Origin: Polyangiaceae bacterium
Lineage (GTDB): Bacteria; Myxococcota_A; Polyangia; Polyangiales; Polyangiaceae
Reading direction: 5' to 3'
Assembly (NCBI GenBank): GCA_044224495.1
Contig: JBGAKG010000027.1
Span: 29,521 to 93,520 of the forward strand
DNA length: 64,000 nucleotides
The notes under the pieces were generated by a model. It saw nothing but the letters and a program-made list of their open reading frames with translations. It was not told where the DNA came from and made no database searches. Of this stretch, positions 28,707 to 38,661 are shown piece after piece. The position numbers were made by a program, and so were the translations under genes. The first letter of the stretch is position 1; every line of letters starts with the position of its first letter.

Positions 28707-30347
28707 TCACTCGCGCGCGACGGCTCCGCCGTGCGCCGTCTCGTCGTAGACGATGCCGGTGAACGTGCGCTTCGCGCTGTTGAGCTGCCACTCGCCCCCG
28801 AACAAGACGACCGGCCGGCCGCGCACGTCCAGGACGGGCGTGCCCACGCGCTCGCGATCGAACGCGAGGAGGTCGACCGGCGTACCGTCTTCGCGCGACA
28901 CCCAGCGCGCGAAGTCGATGCTCATCGGCTCGAGCTGCACCTTCACGTCGTACTCGTTCTCGAGCCGGAACTTCACGACCTCGAGCTGGAGCCGACCGAC
29001 GGCGCCGAGGACGGGGTCCCCGCTGCGCCCCTCCGGCGGCCGATAGAGCTGGATCGTACCTTCTTGGGCCAGCTGATCGAGGCCCGCTTTCAGCTGCTTC
29101 CGGCGCAGCGGATCCGCCAGGAACGCGCGCACGAAGTGCTCCGGCGCGAAGCTCGGGATCTCCTCGTAGGCGAAGTCCTTGCCGCCGGTGAGCGTGTCGC
29201 CGATCTCGAAGATGCCCGGGTCGTGAACGCCCATGACGTCCCCCGCGTAGCCCTCTTCGACGATGTTGCGCTCCTGCGCCATCATCTGCATCGGGTTCGC
29301 GAGCCGGATCTCTTTGCCGGTGCGGACGTGGCGCACCTTCATGCCGCGCTCGAACTTGCCCGAGCACACGCGAAGGAACGCGACGCGATCGCGGTGCGCC
29401 TTGTTCATGTTCGCCTGGATCTTGAAGACGAACGCGCTGAACTGATCGTCGTCGGGTGCGATCGGCCCCTTCGAGCTCGTGCGCGGGAGCGGCGGCGGCA
29501 TGAGCTTGCAGAAGCTCTCGAGGAACGCCTCGAGCCCGAAGTTGTTGATCGCGCTCCCGAAGAACATCGGGCTGACTTCCCCGGCCTCGAACTTCGCGTG
29601 GTCGAACGAGTCGCCGGCGGCGTCGAGGAGCTCGGCTTCTTCGCGGAGCTGCTTGTAGCCCTGCTCGTCGAGCTCTTCCCGGAGCTTCGGATCGTCGAGC
29701 CCGCTCACCGTCATCGCGACGGCCATCTCGGCGCCGGACGCAGCGCTCGAGCCCGCGCGCGACTCGTCGAAGAGGTGCACCGTCTTCGCGAGGCGGTGAT
29801 AGACGCCGCGGAACGTCGCGCCGCGGTAGATCGGCCAGGTGACGGGATAGACGCCGATGCCGAGGACGTGCTCGACCTCGCCGACGAGGTCGAACGGCTC
29901 GCGGCCGGGGCGGTCCATCTTGTTCACGAACGTGAAGATGGGCATCTTCCGCTGCTTGCAGACGCGGAAGAGCTTCTTGGTCTGGGTCTCGACGCCCTTC
30001 GCGCAGTCGAGCAGCATCACGGCGCCGTCGGCGGCGTGGAGCGTGCGGTACGTGTCCTCGCTGAAGTCGGCGTGGCCGGGCGTGTCGAGCAGGTTCATCG
30101 ACAGGCCGCGGTAGGGGAACTGGAGCACGCTGGACGTGATCGAGATCCCGCGCTCGCGCTCCATCTCCATCCAGTCGGAGACGGCGCTGGCGCGCCCCTT
30201 CTTCGCCTTCACGGCGCCGGCGAGCTGAATCGCGCCTCCGTACAAGAGGAGCTTCTCGGTGAGCGTCGTCTTGCCGGCGTCCGGGTGGGAGATGATGGCG
30301 AACGTCTTCCGTCGCTCGATTTGGCGTTTGAGCTCGGGGTTGGCCAT
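28707..30347 (-). CDS. prfC: peptide chain release factor 3
   Basis: AIISHPDAGKTTLTEKLL G1 motif, DTPGH and NKMD GTPase motifs. Full-length RF3. Start placed at MANPELK. The 18-aa upstream extension in the ORF track runs through the hexamer repeat and is probably not translated. Confidence 0.9.
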   Translation of the reverse strand: MANPELKRQIERRKTFAIISHPDAGKTTLTEKLLLYGGAIQLAGAVKAKKGRASAVSDWMEMERERGISITSSVLQFPYRGLSMNLLDTPGHADFSEDTYRTLHAADGAVMLLDCAKGVETQTKKLFRVCKQRKMPIFTFVNKMDRPGREPFDLVGEVEHVLGIGVYPVTWPIYRGATFRGVYHRLAKTVHLFDESRAGSSAASGAEMAVAMTVSGLDDPKLREELDEQGYKQLREEAELLDAAGDSFDHAKFEAGEVSPMFFGSAINNFGLEAFLESFCKLMPPPLPRTSSKGPIAPDDDQFSAFVFKIQANMNKAHRDRVAFLRVCSGKFERGMKVRHVRTGKEIRLANPMQMMAQERNIVEEGYAGDVMGVHDPGIFEIGDTLTGGKDFAYEEIPSFAPEHFVRAFLADPLRRKQLKAGLDQLAQEGTIQLYRPPEGRSGDPVLGAVGRLQLEVVKFRLENEYDVKVQLEPMSIDFARWVSREDGTPVDLLAFDRERVGTPVLDVRGRPVVLFGGEWQLNSAKRTFTGIVYDETAHGGAVARE

Positions 30348-30365
30348 GGCGGACGGGTTTGGATA

Positions 30366-30500
30366 GTGCACGTCCACGTCGACGTCCACGTCCGTCCACA
30401 TCCCGCTGCTGCCAGCCCCGCCATTTCAGATCTGCAATCCCGCATCTCGCTTCTGAACGGTGCACGCACGGCTGAGTCTTCGATTTTACGGACTTTTCCG
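30366..30500. repeat. degenerate hexamer-repeat element (copy 3?): (CACGTC)n then GCTGCTGCCAGC core
   Basis: The sequence gtgcacgtccacgtcgacgtccacgtccgtccac...ccgctgctgccagcc shares the GCTGCCAGC core and the TCTTCGATT flank with copies 1 and 2. Lies in the divergent intergenic region upstream of prfC. Confidence 0.4.
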
Positions 30501-30658
30501 GGGATCAACCCCTGGCACGCACCGTGCTTACACTGCAAGCGCCTGCGCAGAGAGAGATCGTCCCCCCCGGTCCCTTTGCGCAGGCACTTTTCTTTTGTCC
30601 GTGCGCTGACGCCACAACTCCGCGAGGCGCGTACACCGTAGCGAGCTATGCTGCGCCC

Positions 30659-33583
30659 GTGCGTTTGCGAGCTCTACCCTTCCTCCTCTTCGCGGCCCCC
30701 ATCCTCGTCCAGTGCGATTCGACGCCGGACACGCCTCCCGACAACGGCATCCAACCGTTGCCAGGCGAGCAGCGGTGTGACCCGCGTCAGATCTCCGCGT
30801 ACAAGCTGAGCTTCGATCCGGCGTCCGCGATCATGGCGCCGGGCGTCGCTCGGCCCGTGCGCGTCACGGTCGATCCCGATGCGTGCGTCCCGAGTCGGGT
30901 CGAGTTCACGACCGGCAACGCCGACATCGCTCCCGCGCCGACGGGGGCGAACGTCGATCTCCGCCACGCGACGTACGACTTCGTCGTCGTCGGCGGCAAG
31001 CTCGGCACGACGAACATCACCGCGCACGTGAAGAACCCCGACGGGACCGAGACCACGCTCGATCTCCCGGTCGACGTGCGCGACCCGCTCGCGCCGAAGT
31101 GCAGCGGCGGTCCGAAGACCGGCACGATCGCGCAGGGCACGCCATCGCTCGCGGGGGACGGTGCGCTCGCGAGCGCGAGCCTCGCCACCAACACGAACGC
31201 GTTCGTCCGGCAGGACATGTGGACGCTCCCCTCGTTCGACGCGTCGATCGGCTGCGGGACCGACATGACGAACGGCACCGACTACGTCGCGCTCTCGCCG
31301 GCGGTGACGTACGCGCCGACGACGGCGCTCTCGCCCAACGTCCCGCTGCGGCGCGAGCTCGACTTCACGATCCCGATCAACCCGGCGGCCATCCCGGCGG
31401 CGGGCCGCTTGCGTCACCTCGTGATGCTGTTCTCGAACGCGAAGGCGAAGACGCCACGCCCGATCCTGATCGCGAGCCCGCGGATCGAGAAGGTGGGCGA
31501 CGGTTACCTCCTTCACTTCTCGTCGCCGTGGTTCGGCACGTACCAGGCCGTGATGAACACGGACGCGGGCACGCGCCGCTACAAGCGCACGCTCCACCAC
31601 CGCAGCGTCATCGGCTTCTCGATGGGCGGCGCGGGCACGGCGAGCTTCGGCATCCGTCACCACGATCAGTTCGACGTGCTCGCCCCGATGGGCGGCCCCT
31701 CCGACTGGACCTGGCTCCTCTGGTACGTCGAGAACTACGCGCTCGCGGGCTTCTGCCCCTCGTCGAACCCGACGTGCACGCAGCCGAAGACGATCGACCG
31801 ACCGATCCCCGACACGCTCGCCCACCCGATGGACTTCAACCACTGGTGGTACGAGAAGGGCAGCGGCAACGGCGGTCACTTCCCGCGCGACGAGTACACG
31901 CAGATCTTCGCCGACCTCGCCTTGATGGAAGGCAACCCCAACGGCGAGAACGCGAACCCCGGCATGAGCATGTTCGCCAGCGGCGTCCAGCCCACCGACC
32001 CGTTCGTGGTGGGCGACACCAGCGGCTTGCCCGCGAACGCGGACTGCAAGTTCCCGGTCGAGCCGCTCAAGGGCCCGGACGAGCAGGCGCAGAACCTGAT
32101 CAAGAAGCAGTGCGCGAAGTCGCGCTGCGATCCGTCGCGCACGCTCAAGATCCCGACCGGGTACTACGACGACGAGTACAACCCGACCGGCAGCGAGCAG
32201 GTCATCAGCTTCTGCGAGGGCGGCGAGGTCGGGGAGAGCGTCAGCCCGTACTCGAACACGTGGCGCCAGCCGACGCCGGACGAGGCGTACCCGATGAACC
32301 TCGCCCTCGCCGTCGACCTCAACAAGAACGGCATCCGCGACGAGAACGAGCCGGTCATCCGCAGCGGCCACGAGCCCTACGACGACTTCGGGACCGACGG
32401 CCTGGCGGACGACAAGGAGCCCGGTTACGACGCGGCGACGAACCCCGATCCCAACCAGGACGACTACGATCCGCAGATCAACCCGACCGGGACCGAAGGC
32501 GATCACCGCTACCAGCTCGGGGAGCCGTTCAAGGACGTCGGCCTCGACGGCGTGCCCAACACCAAGTCGAGCCCGTACGACGTGGGCGAAGGCGACGGCA
32601 AGTACACCGAGGCGAGCGGCCTCTCGAACTTCTACGACATCGACCCGCACTCCATCATCCGCGGGTGGTCGAAGAGCCCGCCGAAGGCGCTCGACGACAC
32701 GGCCCTCCGGCGCCTCTCCATCTGGAGCGACGGCGGCGTCCGCGACCTCTTCAACTTCGGCACCGTGGCCACGCACCTGACCGGCGCGCTCGCGTCGCGC
32801 AAGGGCGCGGACAGCCGGCCCCTCCAGCAACTTGCATTCTACAACGGATTCCACCTCCTCCCCGGCCAGGACCCGAAGCGCCCGCAGGACTTCGCTCCGT
32901 CGGCGCTGCGCTGGGCGGACATCGTGGGCTCGCCGAGCGTTCGCTACGGCAACGTGGATGCGAACCCGACCGAGATCGACCTCGGCGATGGCATGCACGT
33001 CGGAACCGCGGCGCAGATCCTCTACCGGATCGAGGCCGCCTTCTACTACTCGGCGCGCCAGTGGACGGACGCGGATCGTCTCCTCACCGAGGTGACGGTC
33101 GCGAACCCGGAGACGACGACGAAGAACGAGCTCGGCTTGGCCTGCGAGAAGGAGGGCAAGTGCGAGAAGATCTTCACCGGACCGGTGACGAAGCGCACCG
33201 GCCCGATCGCGATCACGCTGCCGCCGGGTTACGCGCTCGAAGAGAACCGCCTGCGCGACGTGCGCTACCCGGTCATCTTCGTGCTCCACGGCTACGGCCA
33301 GGACCCGCGTGATCTCGAGGCGCTGGCGATCATCTCCAACAACTTCATGAACGACGGGGAGCGCAGCTACCCGAACCGGCTCGCGAAGTTCATCACCGTC
33401 TACGTCGACGGCCGCTGCCGCACCGGCGCGGACGGAAAGCCGGAGTGCATCCAGGGCAGCTTCTACTTGGACGCGCGCCGCGACGGCGGGCCCAAGTTCG
33501 ATTCGTGGTTCGACGAGGTCGTCGACTACGTCGACCAGAACTACCGCACGATGGGAACGAGCGAAGTCGAAGTCACGGAGTGA
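30659..33583 (+). CDS. large lipoprotein with a putative-esterase domain and acidic Ca-binding-type repeats
   Basis: GTG start gives the signal VRLRALPFLLFAAPILVQC. HHRSVIGFSMGGAGTA matches the esterase nucleophile elbow. A second esterase-like segment is VIFVLHGYGQD. DxDxDGxxD-type acidic repeats resemble thrombospondin type 3 repeats. Confidence 0.65.
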   Translation: MRLRALPFLLFAAPILVQCDSTPDTPPDNGIQPLPGEQRCDPRQISAYKLSFDPASAIMAPGVARPVRVTVDPDACVPSRVEFTTGNADIAPAPTGANVDLRHATYDFVVVGGKLGTTNITAHVKNPDGTETTLDLPVDVRDPLAPKCSGGPKTGTIAQGTPSLAGDGALASASLATNTNAFVRQDMWTLPSFDASIGCGTDMTNGTDYVALSPAVTYAPTTALSPNVPLRRELDFTIPINPAAIPAAGRLRHLVMLFSNAKAKTPRPILIASPRIEKVGDGYLLHFSSPWFGTYQAVMNTDAGTRRYKRTLHHRSVIGFSMGGAGTASFGIRHHDQFDVLAPMGGPSDWTWLLWYVENYALAGFCPSSNPTCTQPKTIDRPIPDTLAHPMDFNHWWYEKGSGNGGHFPRDEYTQIFADLALMEGNPNGENANPGMSMFASGVQPTDPFVVGDTSGLPANADCKFPVEPLKGPDEQAQNLIKKQCAKSRCDPSRTLKIPTGYYDDEYNPTGSEQVISFCEGGEVGESVSPYSNTWRQPTPDEAYPMNLALAVDLNKNGIRDENEPVIRSGHEPYDDFGTDGLADDKEPGYDAATNPDPNQDDYDPQINPTGTEGDHRYQLGEPFKDVGLDGVPNTKSSPYDVGEGDGKYTEASGLSNFYDIDPHSIIRGWSKSPPKALDDTALRRLSIWSDGGVRDLFNFGTVATHLTGALASRKGADSRPLQQLAFYNGFHLLPGQDPKRPQDFAPSALRWADIVGSPSVRYGNVDANPTEIDLGDGMHVGTAAQILYRIEAAFYYSARQWTDADRLLTEVTVANPETTTKNELGLACEKEGKCEKIFTGPVTKRTGPIAITLPPGYALEENRLRDVRYPVIFVLHGYGQDPRDLEALAIISNNFMNDGERSYPNRLAKFITVYVDGRCRTGADGKPECIQGSFYLDARRDGGPKFDSWFDEVVDYVDQNYRTMGTSEVEVTE

Positions 33584-33616
33584 CCACTAGCGGCCTCCCC
33601 GCGATGATGGGCTAGA

Positions 33617-34912
33617 ATGACCTCGATGTATTCTTCCCATCTTCGCGCTTCGCTTTTCGCGCTTCCCTTCGTGCTGGTCGCCTGCGTCGGCGACACCGCG
33701 ACGCAGACACCCCCGAACGACGCGGCACCTCCGAACGACACTGGCGTCGCCGTCGACGCCGGGTCCGACGTCCTTCCCGCGTGCGGCGCCCCCGGCACGC
33801 CGTGCTGCAACGGCACGTGCAACGGGGGCTCCGTGTGCAACGGCACGGTCTGCGCCTGCAACGCCCCGACCACGGCGTGTGGCGCGGCGTGCGTGAACCT
33901 CACCAACGACGGGAAGAACTGCGGCGCGTGCGGGCACGACTGCCTCGGCGGGACGTGCACGGCGGGCAAGTGCCAACCGGTCACGATCGCGACGGGGCAA
34001 GCGATGGTGAACGGGGTCGCCATCGACTCCGCCGGCGTCTACTGGACGCGCGGCGGCACCAACACCGTCGCCGGAGCCCTCGTGCGCGCCAAGCTCGATG
34101 GCACCAACCTCACGCCACTCGCGAGCGCGGGAACCAGCGAGTCCTGCTTCTCGCCCGCGGTCGGCGGTGGGTTCGTGTACTTCTCTCAGACCGGGAGCGG
34201 CACGCGTGCGATCATGAAGTGCGCGCTCCCGAATTGCACGGGCGGGGCCACCCTCGTGAGCGCCAGCCAAACGCTCGCGCAAGGCATCGCGGTCGACACC
34301 GCGAACAACCGCCTCTACTGGGTCGACGGGACGCCGTACCAAGGAACCGGTGGCGCAGTCATGACGTTCCCGCTCCCGAGTGGGCCGGCGGCTCGGGTGG
34401 TCACCGCCGATCAACCCTCGCCCACGGGGCTCGCCCTCGCGAACGGCTTCGTCTACTGGATCAACGCCGGCACGTACCTCAACAACCTTCACCAGGGGAA
34501 CGGCGGCGTCCGCCGGGCGCCGATCGGCCAGACCAACGGCACGGCGACGCCGATCGCGACGAATTCGGGCGCCGACATGAGGGGGCTCGCCGTCGACACC
34601 CAGTCCGTGTACTTCGGCTCCGGCGGGAACTCGACGCTCGAGGTCGCACCGGCAAATGGCGGCGGTTCGTCCTCGACGCTGGCGAACGTCCCCGGCGGGC
34701 TCGGCGACGTCGCCGCCGACGGCACGAACGTCTACTGGGTCGAGAGCGCGACCAACGGAAGGGTGCTCACGTGCCCGCGCACCGGCTGCCCCAACGGGAC
34801 CCCGATCGTCCTCGCGGTGGCGCAGAACGATCCGCGAGCGATCGCGATCGACGCGGTGAGCATCGTCTGGGGCAACAGCGGCGGCGGCGAAGTGCGGCGC
34901 CTCGCGAAGTGA
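33617..34912 (+). CDS. lipoprotein with Cys-rich N-terminus and YWTD-type six-bladed beta-propeller
   Basis: Lipobox VLVAC. Recurrent VYWTRGG, LYWVDG, VYWINAG and VYWVESA blades. Confidence 0.7.
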   Translation: MTSMYSSHLRASLFALPFVLVACVGDTATQTPPNDAAPPNDTGVAVDAGSDVLPACGAPGTPCCNGTCNGGSVCNGTVCACNAPTTACGAACVNLTNDGKNCGACGHDCLGGTCTAGKCQPVTIATGQAMVNGVAIDSAGVYWTRGGTNTVAGALVRAKLDGTNLTPLASAGTSESCFSPAVGGGFVYFSQTGSGTRAIMKCALPNCTGGATLVSASQTLAQGIAVDTANNRLYWVDGTPYQGTGGAVMTFPLPSGPAARVVTADQPSPTGLALANGFVYWINAGTYLNNLHQGNGGVRRAPIGQTNGTATPIATNSGADMRGLAVDTQSVYFGSGGNSTLEVAPANGGGSSSTLANVPGGLGDVAADGTNVYWVESATNGRVLTCPRTGCPNGTPIVLAVAQNDPRAIAIDAVSIVWGNSGGGEVRRLAK

Positions 34913-34928
34913 GCGACGAGGGGGATGG

Positions 34929-36425
34929 ATGGCACTGAGGATCGACGCCAAGGCACTCGCGACCGAGACGCTCCGCTACGAGAGCCCCGCCGAAGGCGGC
35001 GGGACCGATCACGTCGCCCTCGGCAAGTCCGGGGGCGTGACCGGCTTCTACGCGTACGAAGACGTGAAGCACGTCGTCGACGCCGCGGCCGATCAGTTCG
35101 GCGTGACGAGCGCGTTGTTCCACGTCGCCGCGAACACGAAGGTCTCCGTGACGGAGGCGTCCCGTCTGGACGGCGTGAAGCTCCGCCTCGACATCCCCGA
35201 AGGGGACGGCGCGACGACGATGCACCTCGAGCTCGGCACTGCGACGCTCGCGGGCGCGAGCTACGCCGACGCCGACGTCACCGTGACGGGCGCCGTGACG
35301 CTCGAGCGCGGGACGGTGGACCTCGACGCGAACGGCAAGCTCACGGTGAAGGCCGCGACCGGGCGCGCGAAGGCCGTCGTCGTGCGGACGGGGGACCTGA
35401 CCGTCGCCCTCGCGGACGTCGCGCTGGAGGGACTCTCGGTCGAGAGCGTCGGCGATCGCACCGTGATCGCAGCGACCCGGGTGACCGCGTCCGGCATCAC
35501 GATCGAGGCCGGTGACACGCCGATCACGATCGCGCGCGCGACCGCGACGAACGTCCGGTGGGACGACCGGATCTCGGTCGGCGTGCTTGACGTGGTCGAC
35601 GCCAAGCTCTCCGTCGGGCTCGCGGCACCACCGGCGCCCGCCGCGGCGCCTCCCGCGCCCCCGAGTACTGCCCTCCCCGACCTGCCCGCGCTCGACGCCC
35701 TTCGTGGGGTCGTCGCCGCGAAGGTGAAGGTCGCGCTCGATCTTCCCGTCCTGCCGGACAAGACGATCGCGCAGTCCTTGAAGATCCCGATCGAAGGCGG
35801 AGCCATCTCGTTCGGCGAGCTCGAGAAGAGCCTCTGCGTGCTGGAGGACGCGTTGCTCGATTTCGAGGTCGAAGGCAACCGGCTCGTCCTCGAGCTCGAC
35901 GTCGTCCCGCTCGTGAAGTTCGACAACGTCACCCTCGTCTCGTGGGACCTGCCGGAGCCGCGCGACCGCGAGCTCGCGGCGGCGAAGCGCGTGCGGCTCC
36001 GGCGGCTCGTGCAGTACCGGCTCCCGCCCGCGAAGCCCGCCCCCGCGCCGGCGCCGGGGAAGAAGAAGGCGTTCCGCCTCCTCGGGATCGACTTCGCCGA
36101 CGTGAACGTGGCGCTCGGGCTCGAGAGCGCGGTGAGCATCCCCGCGCTCGAGGGGACGTTCGAGCTCGATCCGACGACGAAGGTCGAGGTCACGGGCGAG
36201 GCCCACGTCGCAGTCGACGGTGCCCCGGCGCCGGGGCGCCTCGCGGCGAACGCCGTCGGCTCCGCGATCACGCTGCGCGGCGTGAAGGCAGGCCCGCTCC
36301 AGATCGTGCAGGCCACCGTCGCGCTCGACGCGAGCGCCGAGCTCGAGCTCCTGGACGTGGCGCCGCAGCGCCTCGGCGTCGACGTCCGCAGCGCGAAGGC
36401 GACGGACGTGACGCTGCAGCCCTGA
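34929..36425 (+). CDS. hypothetical protein (498 aa), no signal peptide
   Basis: Protein-like composition and codon bias. A Pro/Ala linker in the middle. No recognisable domain. Confidence 0.5.
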   Translation: MALRIDAKALATETLRYESPAEGGGTDHVALGKSGGVTGFYAYEDVKHVVDAAADQFGVTSALFHVAANTKVSVTEASRLDGVKLRLDIPEGDGATTMHLELGTATLAGASYADADVTVTGAVTLERGTVDLDANGKLTVKAATGRAKAVVVRTGDLTVALADVALEGLSVESVGDRTVIAATRVTASGITIEAGDTPITIARATATNVRWDDRISVGVLDVVDAKLSVGLAAPPAPAAAPPAPPSTALPDLPALDALRGVVAAKVKVALDLPVLPDKTIAQSLKIPIEGGAISFGELEKSLCVLEDALLDFEVEGNRLVLELDVVPLVKFDNVTLVSWDLPEPRDRELAAAKRVRLRRLVQYRLPPAKPAPAPAPGKKKAFRLLGIDFADVNVALGLESAVSIPALEGTFELDPTTKVEVTGEAHVAVDGAPAPGRLAANAVGSAITLRGVKAGPLQIVQATVALDASAELELLDVAPQRLGVDVRSAKATDVTLQP

Positions 36426-36438
36426 GGAGACAGCGCGC

Positions 36439-36930
36439 TCACGCGAGCGAGCGCACGACCTCGTCGAGCTGGCGGTAGGACTCGCGCATCCCGTCTTCCA
36501 TCCCCGTCGCGAGCACTTGGTCGCGGACCGCCTTCGACGGGTAGCGGACGACACTGGTGAAGCGAGTGGTCCCGCCTTCTTCCACCAGCGACGTCGTGAC
36601 CACGGAGACGACATCGGGGAACGGCGCGAATACCTCGGTGTTGACGATGCGGCGCGTGCCCTCGATCTCGACGTACTCGCCGAAGAACTCGACGACCATC
36701 CCGTTCGTGGCGCGCATGGCGAAGCGCCATGCCCCGCCGACGCGGAAGTCGATCTCGCAGAGCGTCATCTCCCCGCGCGAGCGCGGCGCCCACCAGCGCC
36801 GAACGTGCTCGGGCTTGCTCATCGCGGCGAACACGAGCCGCGCGGGCGCAGCGAACGTTCGGGTCACTTCGATCTCGCAGTCCCCGAGGAGCTGCACGTG
36901 GGTTCCATCAGCGGTCTTTGCGGCGGTCAT
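36439..36930 (-). CDS. SRPBCC/AHSA1-domain protein
   Basis: About 160 aa, with the typical W-W..P...W and FxxxG pattern. Overlaps the 3' end of the upstream ArsR gene. Confidence 0.75.
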   Translation of the reverse strand: MTAAKTADGTHVQLLGDCEIEVTRTFAAPARLVFAAMSKPEHVRRWWAPRSRGEMTLCEIDFRVGGAWRFAMRATNGMVVEFFGEYVEIEGTRRIVNTEVFAPFPDVVSVVTTSLVEEGGTTRFTSVVRYPSKAVRDQVLATGMEDGMRESYRQLDEVVRSLA

Positions 36931-37270
36931 GGCGGGACGACTCCTTCTTTTCGACTTCTTCGTTTCGTTGCATCTCGGTCAGCAGTTCATCCATGGCATC
37001 GAGGCGCTCGGTCCACAGCGCGCGGAAGTCCGCGAGCCACGCATCGAGCTCGTGGAAGCGCGCGGGGGCGAGCGCGTACACGCGGCGCTGCGCCTCGGCC
37101 CGTACGTCCACGAGACCCGCGTCGTGCAGCGTTCGCAGGTGCTTCGACACCTGCGGCTGGCGCACCCCCAAGCGATCACTGATCACGCCGACGGTCTGCG
37201 GACCACGGCGGAGGAGCTCTACGATCCGAAGTCGGTTCGGTTCGGCGAGGGCGGAGAACGTCTCGAGCAT
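36908..37270 (-). CDS. ArsR/SmtB family transcriptional regulator
   Basis: LAEPNRLRIVELL...VGVISDRLGVRQPQVSKHLRTLHDAGLV is the HTH_5 signature. Confidence 0.85.
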   Translation of the reverse strand: MLETFSALAEPNRLRIVELLRRGPQTVGVISDRLGVRQPQVSKHLRTLHDAGLVDVRAEAQRRVYALAPARFHELDAWLADFRALWTERLDAMDELLTEMQRNEEVEKKESSRHDRRKDR

Positions 37271-37333
37271 GCCTCAATATTCTTCATTGAGAATATTCCT
37301 GTCAAGGCACGTACACGAAAATTCAGCCGCGAG

Positions 37334-37645
37334 CTACGGCTTCTTCCTCCGCCGGTCGCGCGTGGGCGCCGTCCGGATGCGGCCGCCGGGATCCTGCTTC
37401 GCGATGAAGCGCACCACCTTCGCGAAGTCGGCGTTGGCGAGGAGCGCATCCACCGACGCGAGCTCCCGCTCGAGCTGCGCGTTGGTGAAGTGCGCATGGA
37501 TCGCCGTGTGGCAGTCGCGGCAGATCGTCTCCGTGACCTTGCCGCCCCGACTCTTCGGCACGAGGTGATGATCGCTCGGGTGGAAGTTCGGCCGCCCACA
37601 GAGCGGGCACGGGTCCTTCTCCGGCTCCGCGCTCCGCCCCTTCAT
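37334..37645 (-). CDS. standalone HNH endonuclease-domain protein (103 aa)
   Basis: CPLCGR...HHLVPKSRGG...CRDCH is an HNH motif with Zn-binding Cys pairs. The start overlaps the upstream gene's stop (ATGA). Confidence 0.7.
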   Translation of the reverse strand: MKGRSAEPEKDPCPLCGRPNFHPSDHHLVPKSRGGKVTETICRDCHTAIHAHFTNAQLERELASVDALLANADFAKVVRFIAKQDPGGRIRTAPTRDRRRKKP

Positions 37646-38661
37646 GGAAAGACGAACGGGGGATCGACGTCCATCAACGCGCTCACCCAGAGCGGACAAC
37701 GATCCGACTTCGTGCACCGCGCAGCCGCCGCAGCGTGGAGCGACTCGGCCGTCGCGCCCCAGAGCCGCGCGCAGACGACGTTCTCGGCGAGCGCATCGTC
37801 GAAGAAGGTCGTCGCCCAATCGATCTGCGGGCGCGGGCCACACTTGCTCCGCGCGTACTCGATCGCCGCCGGCGCGTGGACGTCGAAGCTGCCGTCCCGC
37901 TGCGAGACCGCGACGAAGATGCTCGGCGCGACCGGGTACGAGTCCCCGCTCTCGGACTCGGCGAGGATCCGCGCGTAGGGGCCGCGCCCGATGAGATCGG
38001 GCCGCTTGTCGCCGTCGAGATCGGTCGTCCCCTCGAAGGAGACGCCGAGCGCCGGCGTGTACGCGAGCACCGCCCCACCCTTGAAGGTCCAGACCTCCTG
38101 CACCGAAGGGTCGTACCCCTCTTCGTCGGCGGAGCCGAACACGATCACTTCGTCGTCGCCGTCGCCGTCGTAGTCGAAGAACTGCGGCTCCTCGAGGTGG
38201 AGCGAGCCCGGCCCCGCGAGCACGCTCGCGTTGACGCGCACCTCGTCCGCGCCGATCTTCCACGACTGCGCGAGTAGCGCGCCCGGCGCAGCCACGGTCG
38301 CGCTCCCGTCCTTCGCGAAGTGCGTGAGCGACACGACGAGCCCGACGTCACCGCAGGCGTCGTTGCCGGGTCGCCGGACCGCCCGCTCGACGCCGAGCGC
38401 CCACGTCCCGCTCGGGTTGCAGCCCAGGAACGCGAGATCCTCGTCGGCGAGCTTCGGGCAACCATCGACCGCGATCGCACGGAGCGCCTCGTCGCTCGCG
38501 ACGAGCGTGCGTCCGCAGGCGCCCGCGGACGTGCTCGTGGTAGCGGCAACGGGGGCGTGCGCCGGCGCGTGCCGCCGATGCTCGCGCACCGCGAGCCCGA
38601 CGACGACGGCCACCGCGAGCCCGAGTCCGAGACCGACCGCTCCCCGCTCGCCGAGCTCCAT
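37642..38661 (-). CDS. membrane-anchored FG-GAP/VCBS-repeat protein, hypothetical
   Basis: N-terminal TM. DYDGDGDDEVIV and DLDGDKRPDLIG are FG-GAP-type Ca-binding loops. Start and stop overlap the neighbouring genes by 4 bp. Confidence 0.55.
   Translation of the reverse strand: MELGERGAVGLGLGLAVAVVVGLAVREHRRHAPAHAPVAATTSTSAGACGRTLVASDEALRAIAVDGCPKLADEDLAFLGCNPSGTWALGVERAVRRPGNDACGDVGLVVSLTHFAKDGSATVAAPGALLAQSWKIGADEVRVNASVLAGPGSLHLEEPQFFDYDGDGDDEVIVFGSADEEGYDPSVQEVWTFKGGAVLAYTPALGVSFEGTTDLDGDKRPDLIGRGPYARILAESESGDSYPVAPSIFVAVSQRDGSFDVHAPAAIEYARSKCGPRPQIDWATTFFDDALAENVVCARLWGATAESLHAAAAARCTKSDRCPLWVSALMDVDPPFVFP

Noticed and set aside
28707-30401. N-terminal MWTDVDVDVDVHYPNPSA extension of prfC
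   Set aside because: The extension is produced by reading through the (CACGTC)n repeat upstream. The canonical RF3 N-terminus starts at MANPELK (30347), which has a better context.
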